Below are positions 8,831-17,292 of a stretch of 64,000 nucleotides of DNA, one piece after another; positions within the stretch are counted from its first letter, which is position 1; the number at the start of each line of letters is the position of its first letter. Both the position numbers and the translations under genes were made by a program. The DNA is from Elusimicrobiota bacterium. GTDB lineage: Bacteria; Elusimicrobiota; Elusimicrobia; Elusimicrobiales; UBA9959. Where the stretch lies: contig DAIENX010000007.1 in assembly GCA_027340875.1 (NCBI GenBank), forward strand, positions 129,871-193,870. The letters run 5' to 3'. The notes beneath the pieces were generated by a model, which was not told the DNA's origin, searched no databases, and saw only the letters and a list, made by a program, of their open reading frames with translations.

Positions 8831-9703
8831 TTACTTTTTTATTATTCGTGTTACCCTGTCGAGATCGTCGAAGGAGAAGTAATGCACGACGATCCGGCCG
8901 TTCTGCGGGCCGGGGCCGGGGCAGACCTCGACCTTCGTGCCGAGCGTCTTCTCCAGCTCCGATTCCAGGGCCAGCACCTCGGGGGTGCGCCTGGAGCCGC
9001 CCCGCGGGGCCTTCGCGGCGCGCGGCCTGTCCTTGTGGAAGCCCTGCGCGAAGCCCTCCACGTCCCTGACGGTCAGCTTCTCGCTGATGATCCGCTGGTA
9101 GAATTCCCTTCTCTTGGAAGAATCGGGGATGGAGATGAGCGCCCGCGCATGCCCCTCCGTGATGGCGCCGGACTGTATGCCCTGGCGGATATCGGCGTCC
9201 AGCTCGAGCAGGCGCAGCGTGTTGGAGACGGCCGCGCGGGATTTCCCCACCCGGGCCGCGATGTCGGCCTGGGAAACGCTGAAACTGTCCATCAGCTGGC
9301 GGTAGGCCATGGCGGTGTCCACCGCATTGAGGTCCTCCCGCTGTATGTTCTCTATCAGGGAAAGCCCCAGCTTCTGCTCGTCGCTCAGGTCCTTCCTTAT
9401 TATAGCGTCTATCTCAGCCAGGCCGGCCAGTTTGCAGGCCCGGAGCCGGCGCTCGCCGGCCAGCACGGTGTACTGCCCGTCGCCGTTATTCCTCCAGACG
9501 GTAATAGGCTGCAGCAGCCCGCCGGACTTTATGGACTCGGCAAGCTCGGCCAGCTTCTCCTCGTCGAAGATCCTGCGGGGCTGATAAGGGTTCGGAATGA
9601 TGGCGCCCACCGGGATCTTCTGCACCATGTCCCCGGAAATATCGTTGTCCCGCACTTTCGTTATAAGCGAATCTATGCCCCTGCCTAATGCCTTCCTGCT
9701 CAT
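8831..9703 (-). CDS. parB: Chromosome partitioning protein ParB
   Basis: KALGRG N-terminus, PNPYQPRR, LAGERRLRA, ENIQREDL, HTH GKSRAAVSNTLRLL. Confidence 0.97.
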   Translation of the reverse strand: MSRKALGRGIDSLITKVRDNDISGDMVQKIPVGAIIPNPYQPRRIFDEEKLAELAESIKSGGLLQPITVWRNNGDGQYTVLAGERRLRACKLAGLAEIDAIIRKDLSDEQKLGLSLIENIQREDLNAVDTAMAYRQLMDSFSVSQADIAARVGKSRAAVSNTLRLLELDADIRQGIQSGAITEGHARALISIPDSSKRREFYQRIISEKLTVRDVEGFAQGFHKDRPRAAKAPRGGSRRTPEVLALESELEKTLGTKVEVCPGPGPQNGRIVVHYFSFDDLDRVTRIIKK

Positions 9704-9740
9704 TGAATATTCTCCTTAAAATACAAAGCTTTTTTCTATA

Positions 9741-10580
9741 CTAGCCGCCCAGGTCATACTCCATCTCCGCTTCCTCGTTGACATAGAGGTCGGAGTTCTT
9801 GTAGCGGGAGATATCCACGCCGCGGCGGGCCAGGAATTCCAGCGCCAGCTCCTTGTACGCCAGGGCGCCGCGGGAGCTGGGGTCATAGACGAAGATAGGC
9901 TGGCCGTAGCTCGGGGCCTCGGCCAGGCGGACGTTCCTGGGGATAACGGTCTTGTACAGTTTCTCCCCGTAGTATCTGGCTATCTCCTCTTTCACCTGGT
10001 TGGCGAGGTTTATCCTCGAATCGAACATGGTTATGACGCCGCCGTCTATCTTCAGGCCGGGATTAAGGGCCACTTTTATTTTTTCGACGGTGTTCATGAA
10101 GTAGGCCAGGCCCTCCATGGCGTAATATTCGCACTGCACGGGCGTGATCACGGAATCGGAGGCATTGAGCGCATTAACGGTCAGCAGCCCGAGCGACGGA
10201 GGGCAGTCTATAACGATGAACTTGTACATCCCCCTCACCTTATCCAGGGCTCTCTTCAGGACGGCCTCCCGGGAAAGCACCCCGACCAGCTCTATCTCGG
10301 CGCCGGCGAGGTTGTGGCTGGTGGGAACGATGTCCAGCCACTCCACGGAGGTCTGGTGTATAGCCGCCTCCACCGGGGCCCTCCCGCTCAGCACGTCGTA
10401 GATATTCTTGTTGTTCTTGGTGATGTCCACGCCCAGGCCCGACGTGGAATTACTCTGCGGGTCGAAGTCTATCAGCAGCGTTTCATAGTCGAAAGCGGCC
10501 AGGGCCACCGCCAGGTTGATTGCCGTGGTGGTCTTCCCTACGCCGCCCTTCTGGTTGGCTACTGCCACTATTTCTGACAT
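9741..10580 (-). CDS. parA: Chromosome partitioning ATPase ParA/Soj
   Basis: NQKGGVGKTTT, DCPPSLGLLT, PVQCEYYAMEG, RNVRLAEAPSYG; start ATG 10580 after GGAG. Confidence 0.97.
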   Translation of the reverse strand: MSEIVAVANQKGGVGKTTTAINLAVALAAFDYETLLIDFDPQSNSTSGLGVDITKNNKNIYDVLSGRAPVEAAIHQTSVEWLDIVPTSHNLAGAEIELVGVLSREAVLKRALDKVRGMYKFIVIDCPPSLGLLTVNALNASDSVITPVQCEYYAMEGLAYFMNTVEKIKVALNPGLKIDGGVITMFDSRINLANQVKEEIARYYGEKLYKTVIPRNVRLAEAPSYGQPIFVYDPSSRGALAYKELALEFLARRGVDISRYKNSDLYVNEEAEMEYDLGG

Positions 10581-10607
10581 ATCAGCTCCGTTCCTTCCGC
10601 GCGCCCT

Positions 10608-10767
10608 GTTTTCACGTGAAACGTTCCTGCGCCGCGGTATCCACAATTCTATAGATTTGGGCCATCCGTGTCAACTGTACGCCGGTTTGGCCGCTGTTTT
10701 CACGTGAAACACCCCCTCCCGCCCGCTTCATGGTATTTTGGGCGGGGGTCTGTTTTCACGTGAAAAC
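10608..10767. promoter_or_regulatory. Cluster of three parS sites
   Basis: GTTTTCACGTGAAACG (10608-10623), GTTTTCACGTGAAACA (10696-10711), GTTTTCACGTGAAAAC (10752-10767) versus consensus TGTTTCACGTGAAACA. Confidence 0.9.
10646..10674 (-). promoter_or_regulatory. Sigma70-type promoter for parAB
   Basis: TTGACA (10674-10669), 17 nt, TAGAAT (10651-10646). Confidence 0.7.
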
Positions 10768-10772
10768 CGCCC

Positions 10773-11069
10773 CTACCCCATTCTCTTGGCCGCTTCCGCG
10801 GCATCGATATCCCCGCGCTCCAGATCTTCCAATATCTTTGAAAGTTTTTCGCGCCTGTGCCGCCCCTGGGAGAACTTGTGCCCCCACCACTGCCGCCCGA
10901 AAAGAGCGTCCCATATAGACATAAGACCGACGGCCACTATTATGACGGGCCAGTCGCGCCCAAAATGGAACGACAGGCTGATATACCCCAGGTTGTGCGC
11001 CCATATCAGGGCGCCGGCGCCGGCGATAATAATTCCCCAGAAGAACTTCCTCATGCTGAATGCGAGCAT
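10773..11069 (-). CDS. Small membrane protein (LiaF/DUF5668-like TM region plus short helical tail)
   Basis: FWGIIIAGAG...WPVIIVAVG two-TM motif; tail ILEDLERGDIDAAEAAK. Confidence 0.7.
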   Translation of the reverse strand: MLAFSMRKFFWGIIIAGAGALIWAHNLGYISLSFHFGRDWPVIIVAVGLMSIWDALFGRQWWGHKFSQGRHRREKLSKILEDLERGDIDAAEAAKRMG

Positions 11070-11080
11070 TGTCTCCCCCT

Positions 11081-11446
11081 TTATTCTATGAATATCTCCA
11101 CTTTGTCCCCGCCATCCTGAACATCCACTATCTTCATGGGCGTCTGCTGCTCTATAGCCTCCTGTATGCGCCCCAGGTCGACGTTGTAGCCCTTCCCCTC
11201 CAGCTTGGACCTTATCTTCCCCTCTATGAAAGGAAGCATGAACTTCGCCCAGCCCAGCGGCACGTTCACGTTCACTTTGGGCTCCGACGTCCCCCCCTCG
11301 TACACGCGTATCCGGAGCGCCCGCCCCTTACCGGCCTCCGGCGCCGGCGACGAAGCCTCCAGCGCCTCCAGCAGCGACATGGCTTCCGCGGTGCCGATCT
11401 TCTTCTCCTCCAGCAGCTTCAATATGCGCATCTTCTCTTCGTTCAT
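11081..11446 (-). CDS. SHOCT-like/YvlB-type N-terminal domain protein
   Basis: MNEEKMRILKLLEEKKIGTAEAMSLLEAL; LRIRV..KVNVNVPL..KVEIFIE, typical DUF2089 neighbour. Confidence 0.8.
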   Translation of the reverse strand: MNEEKMRILKLLEEKKIGTAEAMSLLEALEASSPAPEAGKGRALRIRVYEGGTSEPKVNVNVPLGWAKFMLPFIEGKIRSKLEGKGYNVDLGRIQEAIEQQTPMKIVDVQDGGDKVEIFIE

Positions 11447-11455
11447 AACCCCTCC

Positions 11456-11824
11456 TTATGACTCAAGACCCTTCAACAGCCCGACGGCTTCCTGCGCGGA
11501 GATCTCCCCCCGCTCAAGCCTTGAAACTATCTCCAGCCTGCGCTTCTTGGCCTCGGCCCGCAGGCTTCCCAGTCCGAGCCGGTTCAGCAGGGCATCCAGC
11601 CTTCCCTTGACCGTAGGATAGGAGATATTAAGCTGCCTCTCCACCTCCTTGATATTTCCCCGGGCGGACAAAAAGACCCGCAGGAAATTTTCATCCTCTT
11701 TGGAAAGCAGGGCAAAAACCGGCAGCTCGAAGTTGCCCTTGATGGTGGTATGGCAGTCACCGCAACCAAGCTCAGTTACGACCACCTTTCCGCCGCAAGA
11801 AGGACATTTATTAGGAATATTCAT
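11456..11824 (-). CDS. DUF2089 family protein (Zn ribbon, HTH, short helical tail)
   Basis: CPSCGG...CGDC, GNIKEVERQLNISYPTVKGRLD, LERGEISAQEAV. Confidence 0.9.
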   Translation of the reverse strand: MNIPNKCPSCGGKVVVTELGCGDCHTTIKGNFELPVFALLSKEDENFLRVFLSARGNIKEVERQLNISYPTVKGRLDALLNRLGLGSLRAEAKKRRLEIVSRLERGEISAQEAVGLLKGLES

Positions 11825-11873
11825 ATATTCAATTTACACATTAATATTTTCAATATTTTATTTCACTATTCAA

Positions 11874-11902
11874 ATTATAACAGAACATATTTAAAATGTC
11901 AA
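11874..11902 (-). promoter_or_regulatory. Perfect-consensus sigma70 promoter of DUF2089 operon
   Basis: TTGACA (11902-11897), 17 nt, TATAAT (11879-11874), with extended -10 TG. Confidence 0.85.
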
Positions 11903-11911
11903 GGCCAAAAT

Positions 11912-11950
11912 AAAAAACCGCCCTCCTTATATTAAACATAAGGAAGGCGG
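11912..11950 (-). terminator. Intrinsic terminator
   Basis: Near-perfect 13-bp stem CCGCCCTCCTTAT/ATAAGGAAGGCGG followed by a T6 run on the minus strand. Confidence 0.8.
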
Positions 11951-11965
11951 CAGAAAACCAGGTCT

Positions 11966-13081
11966 TTAGCCTACTTTCGAAGCCAGCAACGACACCTGCT
12001 CAAGAATTTTTTTCACATCCTCCGTTCTCACGCACCCTTCCCGGGTGAAAGAGAACTTGAACTCTCCGCCCTCCAGGGACATCCCGGTAAAACCGGCGGC
12101 ATCGGAAAAGATTCCCGGCTCGCGCCTGGCGGGGGGGAGGATGCGCATGGCCTCGCCGGGCCTGTCGCAGCGCACGTCGTAAAAATCCCAGTGCGGCACG
12201 TCGGGAACGCGGGGGAGAGAGCCGAACGAGACCCCCAGCGCGTTCTCGGGCTTCACCGAGAGCCTGAGGCCCGACGAATTCGGACAGCGGCAGAGCACCT
12301 GCAGCATGAAGCTGGGCGGCGCGCCCCTGCTCGAGGCGCGCTGGTCCACGTCGAAGAACACCTCCAGGCCGTTCATGAAGCCCTTGGAATCATAGATCCC
12401 GTCGCCGGAGCCGGCGTCGACGAAGCCGAGCTTGGCGCCGATAGCGCGCCCCTCGCCGCTGCGCTGGCGCGACATGCCGAAATACGCCCCGGCCATCCCG
12501 ACGATCAGCCCCAGGAGCCCCAAAACGCCGTAAGGACGGCTATTCTCCGGCGAGAAAGCCCCTGCCGCAATGAACACGCCCAGGAATATGCCGCCGATCA
12601 CCAGAAGAAAGGAGAACAGCGCCAGAGCCCCGTAAAGGACGTTGGAACGGACCGCGGGAGTGCCGTACAGCAGTTTGCCGCCTATAACGACGAGCACGCC
12701 CAGCGGGATAAGGGAAAAGGTCGATACGGAATAGGTGTTCACGCCGTTGGGCCCCGCGAAGAAGGCCGCGGCTCCGCCCAGGACCATCAGCGCGCCCGTC
12801 AGGTACACCCAGGAAGGCGCCTCGGCGGGCACTTCGACGCCCATCAGCTCGGGAAGGAGGGTCTCGTCCTCCCCGGAGGGAGGGGGCGGCGGCGCGCCCG
12901 ACGGAAGAGACCGCTCCTCATCCCGGCCGATGAAGGGGGAAACCACGAACAGCACCCCTCCGAGGACCATCAGGGCGAAGGACAGGTAGAACAAAGAGTT
13001 CCCGGGGTAATAACGCTCAAGCCTGAAGCCTATCACGGAGGCCACGAGGAGGGGAAAACCGGCCTTACGAAGCACCTTCAT
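11966..13081 (-). CDS. Hypothetical multi-pass membrane protein with soluble C-terminal domain
   Basis: About six hydrophobic segments, Pro-rich linker; flanked by a promoter and a terminator. Confidence 0.7.
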   Translation of the reverse strand: MKVLRKAGFPLLVASVIGFRLERYYPGNSLFYLSFALMVLGGVLFVVSPFIGRDEERSLPSGAPPPPPSGEDETLLPELMGVEVPAEAPSWVYLTGALMVLGGAAAFFAGPNGVNTYSVSTFSLIPLGVLVVIGGKLLYGTPAVRSNVLYGALALFSFLLVIGGIFLGVFIAAGAFSPENSRPYGVLGLLGLIVGMAGAYFGMSRQRSGEGRAIGAKLGFVDAGSGDGIYDSKGFMNGLEVFFDVDQRASSRGAPPSFMLQVLCRCPNSSGLRLSVKPENALGVSFGSLPRVPDVPHWDFYDVRCDRPGEAMRILPPARREPGIFSDAAGFTGMSLEGGEFKFSFTREGCVRTEDVKKILEQVSLLASKVG

Positions 13082-13106
13082 GAGCAGATTATATCAGCCG
13101 GCGGGG

Positions 13107-13136
13107 AAAAAAGAAAGGCCCGGTCTCCCGGGCCTT
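13107..13136 (-). terminator. Intrinsic terminator
   Basis: AAGGCCCGG-TCTC-CCGGGCCTT stem, T-rich tail on minus strand. Confidence 0.75.
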
Positions 13137-13156
13137 GGCGCCAAGCGCGCGCGGGC

Positions 13157-13423
13157 TTAGAACCCGCCGGAGCCGCCGGAACCGTCCGGATCGGAGCCGC
13201 CGCCGGAATCGTCGCTCCCGCCGCCGCAGCCGCCGTCGTCGGTGGAGTCGTCCGGCCCGCCGTTCCCTCCGTCATCATCGTAGCCGTCGGGATCCCCGGA
13301 GCCGGTGCCGTCGGGCGTGGAGCCGGCCGCGAAAGCCGCCGGGCAGAGCGGGCCCGTCAGGACAGCGAAGCCGCCCAGAACGACCGCCAGAGTCATCAGA
13401 ACCGCCGCAAAAAGTTTCCTCAT
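13157..13423 (-). CDS. Small secreted Gly/Asp/Ser-rich protein
   Basis: SD GGAGGG, signal peptide ending AFA, mature part nearly all G/D/S/P; own terminator. Confidence 0.65.
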   Translation of the reverse strand: MRKLFAAVLMTLAVVLGGFAVLTGPLCPAAFAAGSTPDGTGSGDPDGYDDDGGNGGPDDSTDDGGCGGGSDDSGGGSDPDGSGGSGGF

Positions 13424-13529
13424 ATACCCTCCAGTCAGGAAATGTTAGCAAACCGCCGGCCCGCGCCGCATTGACCTAGGACAGGTCTCAGCGGGCCCTG
13501 TCAATGGAGACACGCTCCGGAAACGGCCG

Positions 13530-13799
13530 CTAATCCCAGCCCATGGAATCCATCTCTTTGTCCGACGTAAAAGCGGCCTGGGAGGCCTCTGGTTCTGTTT
13601 TTCCCGGCGCGGAGGGGGGGAGCGGCCCGGGCGCGGAGGCGGCGGACGCCGTCCCCGCCAGCGCGGAGGCCGGCACCGCCCAGTTCCTCCCTACGCGTAT
13701 GGCCGGCATGCTGCCCGCCTTGACGCGCTTAAAAACGGCGATGCGGCTGACGCCCAGCAAAGCGGCAGCCTCGGGAATAGAGTAGTACTCCCTTGCCAT
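13530..13799 (-). CDS. Excisionase-like (HTH_17) DNA-binding protein
   Basis: YYSIPEAAALLGVSRIAVFKRVKAGSMPAIRVGRNWAVP. Confidence 0.85.
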   Translation of the reverse strand: MAREYYSIPEAAALLGVSRIAVFKRVKAGSMPAIRVGRNWAVPASALAGTASAASAPGPLPPSAPGKTEPEASQAAFTSDKEMDSMGWD

Positions 13800-13808
13800 C
13801 CTTCAGAT

Positions 13809-13887
13809 ATTAACTTATGTTAACCTTAATTTCAATAAAAAAAATCAACATCAACCCTTGCCAGCAATCTAGTTAACTTTAGTTAAC
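13809..13887. promoter_or_regulatory. Two palindromic operator-like sites RTTAAC-N4-GTTAAC
   Basis: ATTAACTTATGTTAAC (13809-13824) and GTTAACTTTAGTTAAC (13872-13887) in an AT-rich divergent intergenic region. Confidence 0.55.
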
Positions 13888-13976
13888 CAGAAAATAAGGG
13901 CCCGCCATACCGTCACCAGCCCGCACCGCGCGCAGGAGAAAATGCCCCAGGCCGAAAAATTTATATACTATGAGCG

Positions 13977-14969
13977 ATGCGTATCCTTATATTAGGAGGC
14001 ACCCGCTTCTTCGGAAGGGAAACGGCGATACGCCTGCAGAAAGCCGGCCACGAGGTAACGGTGTTCTCCCGCCGCGTCCCGGTGGACGGCCTGCCGCTGG
14101 ACATACGCCAGGCCAGGGGGGACCGCGCGGTGGAGATAGACCTCAACCGCATGGCCGTGGAGCCCTGGGACGCCATAATAGACAACATCTGCTACAGCGG
14201 CGAGGACGCGCAAAAGGCCGTAAAGGTATTCAGCGGGAGGACCGGCATATACCTGTTCACCTCCTCAGCCTCGGTATACCCGATCTTCGAGGGAGCGGTT
14301 TCGCCGTACCGCGAGAACCTGACGGACCTGCTGCGCCTGAAGGAACCGCTCAAGGAGAAATACGCCTACGGCCTCGGCAAGCTCGCCGCCGAAAGGGAGT
14401 TCCTGAAGGCTTTCGCCGAGAAGAAGTTCCCGGCCGTCGTGGTCCGGCCGCCAATAGTCATCGGCCCGGGAGACCCGACGCTCCGGGCCTATTCCTACTG
14501 GCTGCGGCTGGCCGACGGCGGGCCGCTGCTGCTGCCCGGCTCCTATTTCCGCAGCCGCTACGTGTTCTCCCGGGACCTGGCCGGGGCCATAGAGACGCTG
14601 ATCGGTTCCGCCGGGCATTGCGGCAGGGTCTTCAACATCGCCGGAGCGGAACAGCTGACGCTGGAGGATTTCGCCAGGATCTCCGCCCGGATAATGCATA
14701 AGGACGCGGAGCTGCTCTGCCCGGACCACGCCTGGCTGAAGGAGCGGGGCTTCGACTTCTCGGCCTCGCCGTTCTCTTCGGGCGGGGACTTCGTGCAGGA
14801 CATCTCGCTGGCCGAAAAGGAGCTGGGCTGGAGCCCGACTCCGGCGGCGGAGTGGATAGAGGAAACGATACACTGGCAGCTGTTCAGCTACACCGGCCCG
14901 GCGCCGAAGAACTACGCCGGCCGCAAGCGGGAGCTGGAACTGGCCGCTGAATGGAAGGCAAGGACATGA
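13977..14969 (+). CDS. NAD-dependent epimerase/dehydratase (extended SDR)
   Basis: ILILGGTRFFG, TSSASVY, YGLGK (YxxxK). Confidence 0.9.
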   Translation: MRILILGGTRFFGRETAIRLQKAGHEVTVFSRRVPVDGLPLDIRQARGDRAVEIDLNRMAVEPWDAIIDNICYSGEDAQKAVKVFSGRTGIYLFTSSASVYPIFEGAVSPYRENLTDLLRLKEPLKEKYAYGLGKLAAEREFLKAFAEKKFPAVVVRPPIVIGPGDPTLRAYSYWLRLADGGPLLLPGSYFRSRYVFSRDLAGAIETLIGSAGHCGRVFNIAGAEQLTLEDFARISARIMHKDAELLCPDHAWLKERGFDFSASPFSSGGDFVQDISLAEKELGWSPTPAAEWIEETIHWQLFSYTGPAPKNYAGRKRELELAAEWKART

Positions 14970-15565
14970 CCACCACCGAAAGAGCGGGAAAGATAAAGAT
15001 ATTCCTGATGGACGTGGACGGGGTGCTGACGGACGGGAAGATGTACTACGTCCCCGGCCCGCGGGGGATGATAGAGTTCAAGGGTTTCCACTCGCTGGAC
15101 GGCATAGGACTGCGCCTGCTGAACCAGTTCGGGGTGCTGACCGGCGTGATCACCGGACGCGAGTCGCCCTCCACCGAGGAGCGCGCGGCGGGCCTCGGCA
15201 TGTCCTACGCCTACCAGGGCTTCCTGTCCAAGGTGGAGCCGCTGCGGAAAATACTCGAGGATACCGGCCTCAAGCCCGAGAACGTGGCCTACATGGGGGA
15301 CGATCTCACAGACCTGCCGGTGCTGCGGCTGGCGGGGCTGCCCTGCGCGCCCGCGAACGCGATACAGGAGGTGAAGAGGGCCTCCCGCCTCGTCACGAAG
15401 CGCGAAGGCGGAGCCGGCGCCGTGCGCGAAGTCTGCGATCTCATACTCAGGAGCCAGGGGCGCTGGGCGGAGGTGATGCGCTGCGTGGAGACGGCCCACT
15501 GGCCGCCGGTTCGCGGCGCCGGCCTGAAGATAGTGCGCCAGTCCGGGAAAAGGGGGAAGAAATGA
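14966..15565 (+). CDS. kdsC: KDO-8-phosphate phosphatase (HAD family)
   Basis: [38 protein letters not shown]. Confidence 0.85.
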   Translation: MTTTERAGKIKIFLMDVDGVLTDGKMYYVPGPRGMIEFKGFHSLDGIGLRLLNQFGVLTGVITGRESPSTEERAAGLGMSYAYQGFLSKVEPLRKILEDTGLKPENVAYMGDDLTDLPVLRLAGLPCAPANAIQEVKRASRLVTKREGGAGAVREVCDLILRSQGRWAEVMRCVETAHWPPVRGAGLKIVRQSGKRGKK

Positions 15566-16017
15566 AGCTGCTCTGCGGCGCCGCGCTGGCGCTGGCACTG
15601 GCCGGGCCGGCCGCTGCCTCGTTCGACGAATGGGAACCCGAGGCCTCCCAGCAGGCCGACGAGGCCCAGGCCGGGGAGGAGGACGGCGCCCAGCCGCTTC
15701 TCCAGGAGAGCGGAGAGGACCTGGCTGATTTCGTCACCGACTACATACGCAAGGACATACAGCTCAAAGGGGCCTTCTTCATCGAGGACAAGGCCGCGAA
15801 GAAGGTCCTGAAGCTTTCGCTGCTGGCCGTAGGAACGGAGACCTCCGACGGAGAGAACGGCTCCAGGGCCGTTACCGCGCGCTTCAAGGACGCCGGCGGC
15901 GCGGAGTTCTCGGTGCTGTTCTGGCTGCGGGACGCGCCGTGGGGCGGCCTGGACATCTTCAGGCTCGAGCTTAAAGCCTCCAAGCCGGCGCCCGCCGCCG
16001 GGAAGGGGAAAAGATGA
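15562..16017 (+). CDS. Hypothetical secreted protein
   Basis: Signal peptide, acidic linker; ATGA-coupled to both neighbours. Confidence 0.7.
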   Translation: MKLLCGAALALALAGPAAASFDEWEPEASQQADEAQAGEEDGAQPLLQESGEDLADFVTDYIRKDIQLKGAFFIEDKAAKKVLKLSLLAVGTETSDGENGSRAVTARFKDAGGAEFSVLFWLRDAPWGGLDIFRLELKASKPAPAAGKGKR

Positions 16018-16700
16018 AGGGGCAGTTCCTGACGGCTTTCGGGGCCGGGCTGGCCTCCTTCTTCTCCCCGTGCATACTGCCGCTGCTGCCGGCCTACCTC
16101 TCGATGCTCTCGGGCTTCTCCGCCGGCGAGATAACGCGCGGCGACGCGAAGGTGTCCGTGAAGAAAGTAATGGGCAACGCCGCGCTCTTCGTGACCGGCT
16201 TCACGCTGGCCTTCGCCGGCCTGGGCGCGGCGGCCTCGGGCATAGGCGCGCTGCTGTACGACTACAAGTACGTCCTGATGAAGGTCTTCGGCGTGGTCAT
16301 GGTGCTGCTCGGCGCGCACATGACCGGCCTGCTGAACCTGAACTTCCTCAACTATGAGAAGCGCCTTTCCACCCGGGGACTGGCGCAGGGCCCCGTGGGC
16401 TCCTTCCTGGCCGGCTTCGCCTTCGCGCTGGGCTGGTCGCCGTGCATAGGGCCCATGCTCGCCTTCATCCTCGGCATGGCCGCTGCCTCCGGCACCGCCG
16501 CCAAGGGAGTGGCGCTGCTGCTGGTCTATTCCGCCGGCCTGGCCGTCCCGCTGCTGGCGGCGGCGGCCCTGACCGCCGAGTTCTTCTCCTTCATAGCGCG
16601 CTGGCGCGGGGCGATGCGCTGGGTGGAAGTGGGCGCGGGGGTGGTGCTCGCCGCTGCCGGCGTGCTGCTGTTCCTGGACAAGCTGATGGTTATGGGTTAA
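16014..16700 (+). CDS. ccdA: Cytochrome c biogenesis/thiol-disulfide transporter CcdA
   Basis: SFFSPCILPLLPAY and GWSPCIGP motifs, six TMs. Confidence 0.92.
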   Translation: MKGQFLTAFGAGLASFFSPCILPLLPAYLSMLSGFSAGEITRGDAKVSVKKVMGNAALFVTGFTLAFAGLGAAASGIGALLYDYKYVLMKVFGVVMVLLGAHMTGLLNLNFLNYEKRLSTRGLAQGPVGSFLAGFAFALGWSPCIGPMLAFILGMAAASGTAAKGVALLLVYSAGLAVPLLAAAALTAEFFSFIARWRGAMRWVEVGAGVVLAAAGVLLFLDKLMVMG

Positions 16701-16716
16701 GTTCCGCGGCGGACCT

Positions 16717-17292
16717 TCAGGAGAATTTCCTGGAGCCGGGTTTCACCACCGGGGTTCCGGAAGCGCAGAGCGGGCATTTGTCAGGCTGATAGGCAGTCAG
16801 GCCCAGCCTTAGCAGGCTCAGCGCCGGGAACGGCAAAGTCCTTTCGCCCATCCGGTTTATCACCGACATGGCTCCGATAGTTTCGGCGCCGGCGGCGGCG
16901 GCGACCGCGGCCGTCTCCAGCGTGGACTTCCCGGTGGTGAAGACGTCCTCCACGATGACGATCCGCGCGCCCTTCTTCAGCGAGAACCCGCGGCGCAGCG
17001 TCATCAGGTTGTTCTCCCTCTCCGTGAAGATGAAATCCACGCCGAACGCGCGGGCCACCTCGTGCCCGATGATCAGGCCGCCCATAGCCGGGGAAAGGAC
17101 CAGGTCCGGCCTGGCCCCGCTCCAGCCTGCTGCCAGCGCGGCCCCCATGCGCCCGGCCCAGGCCGGGTTCTTGAGCGCCAACGCGCACTGGACGTAATTG
17201 GGGCTGTGCAGCCCGGAGGAGAGCAGGAAGTGCCCCTCGAGGAAGGCGCCCGAAGAGGCCAGATAGCTCCTGAGTTCTTCCTCGTCTATCAT
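16717..17292 (-). CDS. pyrE: Orotate phosphoribosyltransferase
   Basis: GHFLLSSGLHS, VIVEDVFTTGKS PRPP motif. Confidence 0.95.
   Translation of the reverse strand: MIDEEELRSYLASSGAFLEGHFLLSSGLHSPNYVQCALALKNPAWAGRMGAALAAGWSGARPDLVLSPAMGGLIIGHEVARAFGVDFIFTERENNLMTLRRGFSLKKGARIVIVEDVFTTGKSTLETAAVAAAAGAETIGAMSVINRMGERTLPFPALSLLRLGLTAYQPDKCPLCASGTPVVKPGSRKFS

Noticed and set aside
13530..13799. Prophage or integrative element suggested by the excisionase-like gene and AT-rich patches
   Set aside because: No integrase, att repeats, tRNA or phage genes; AT-rich patches match promoters
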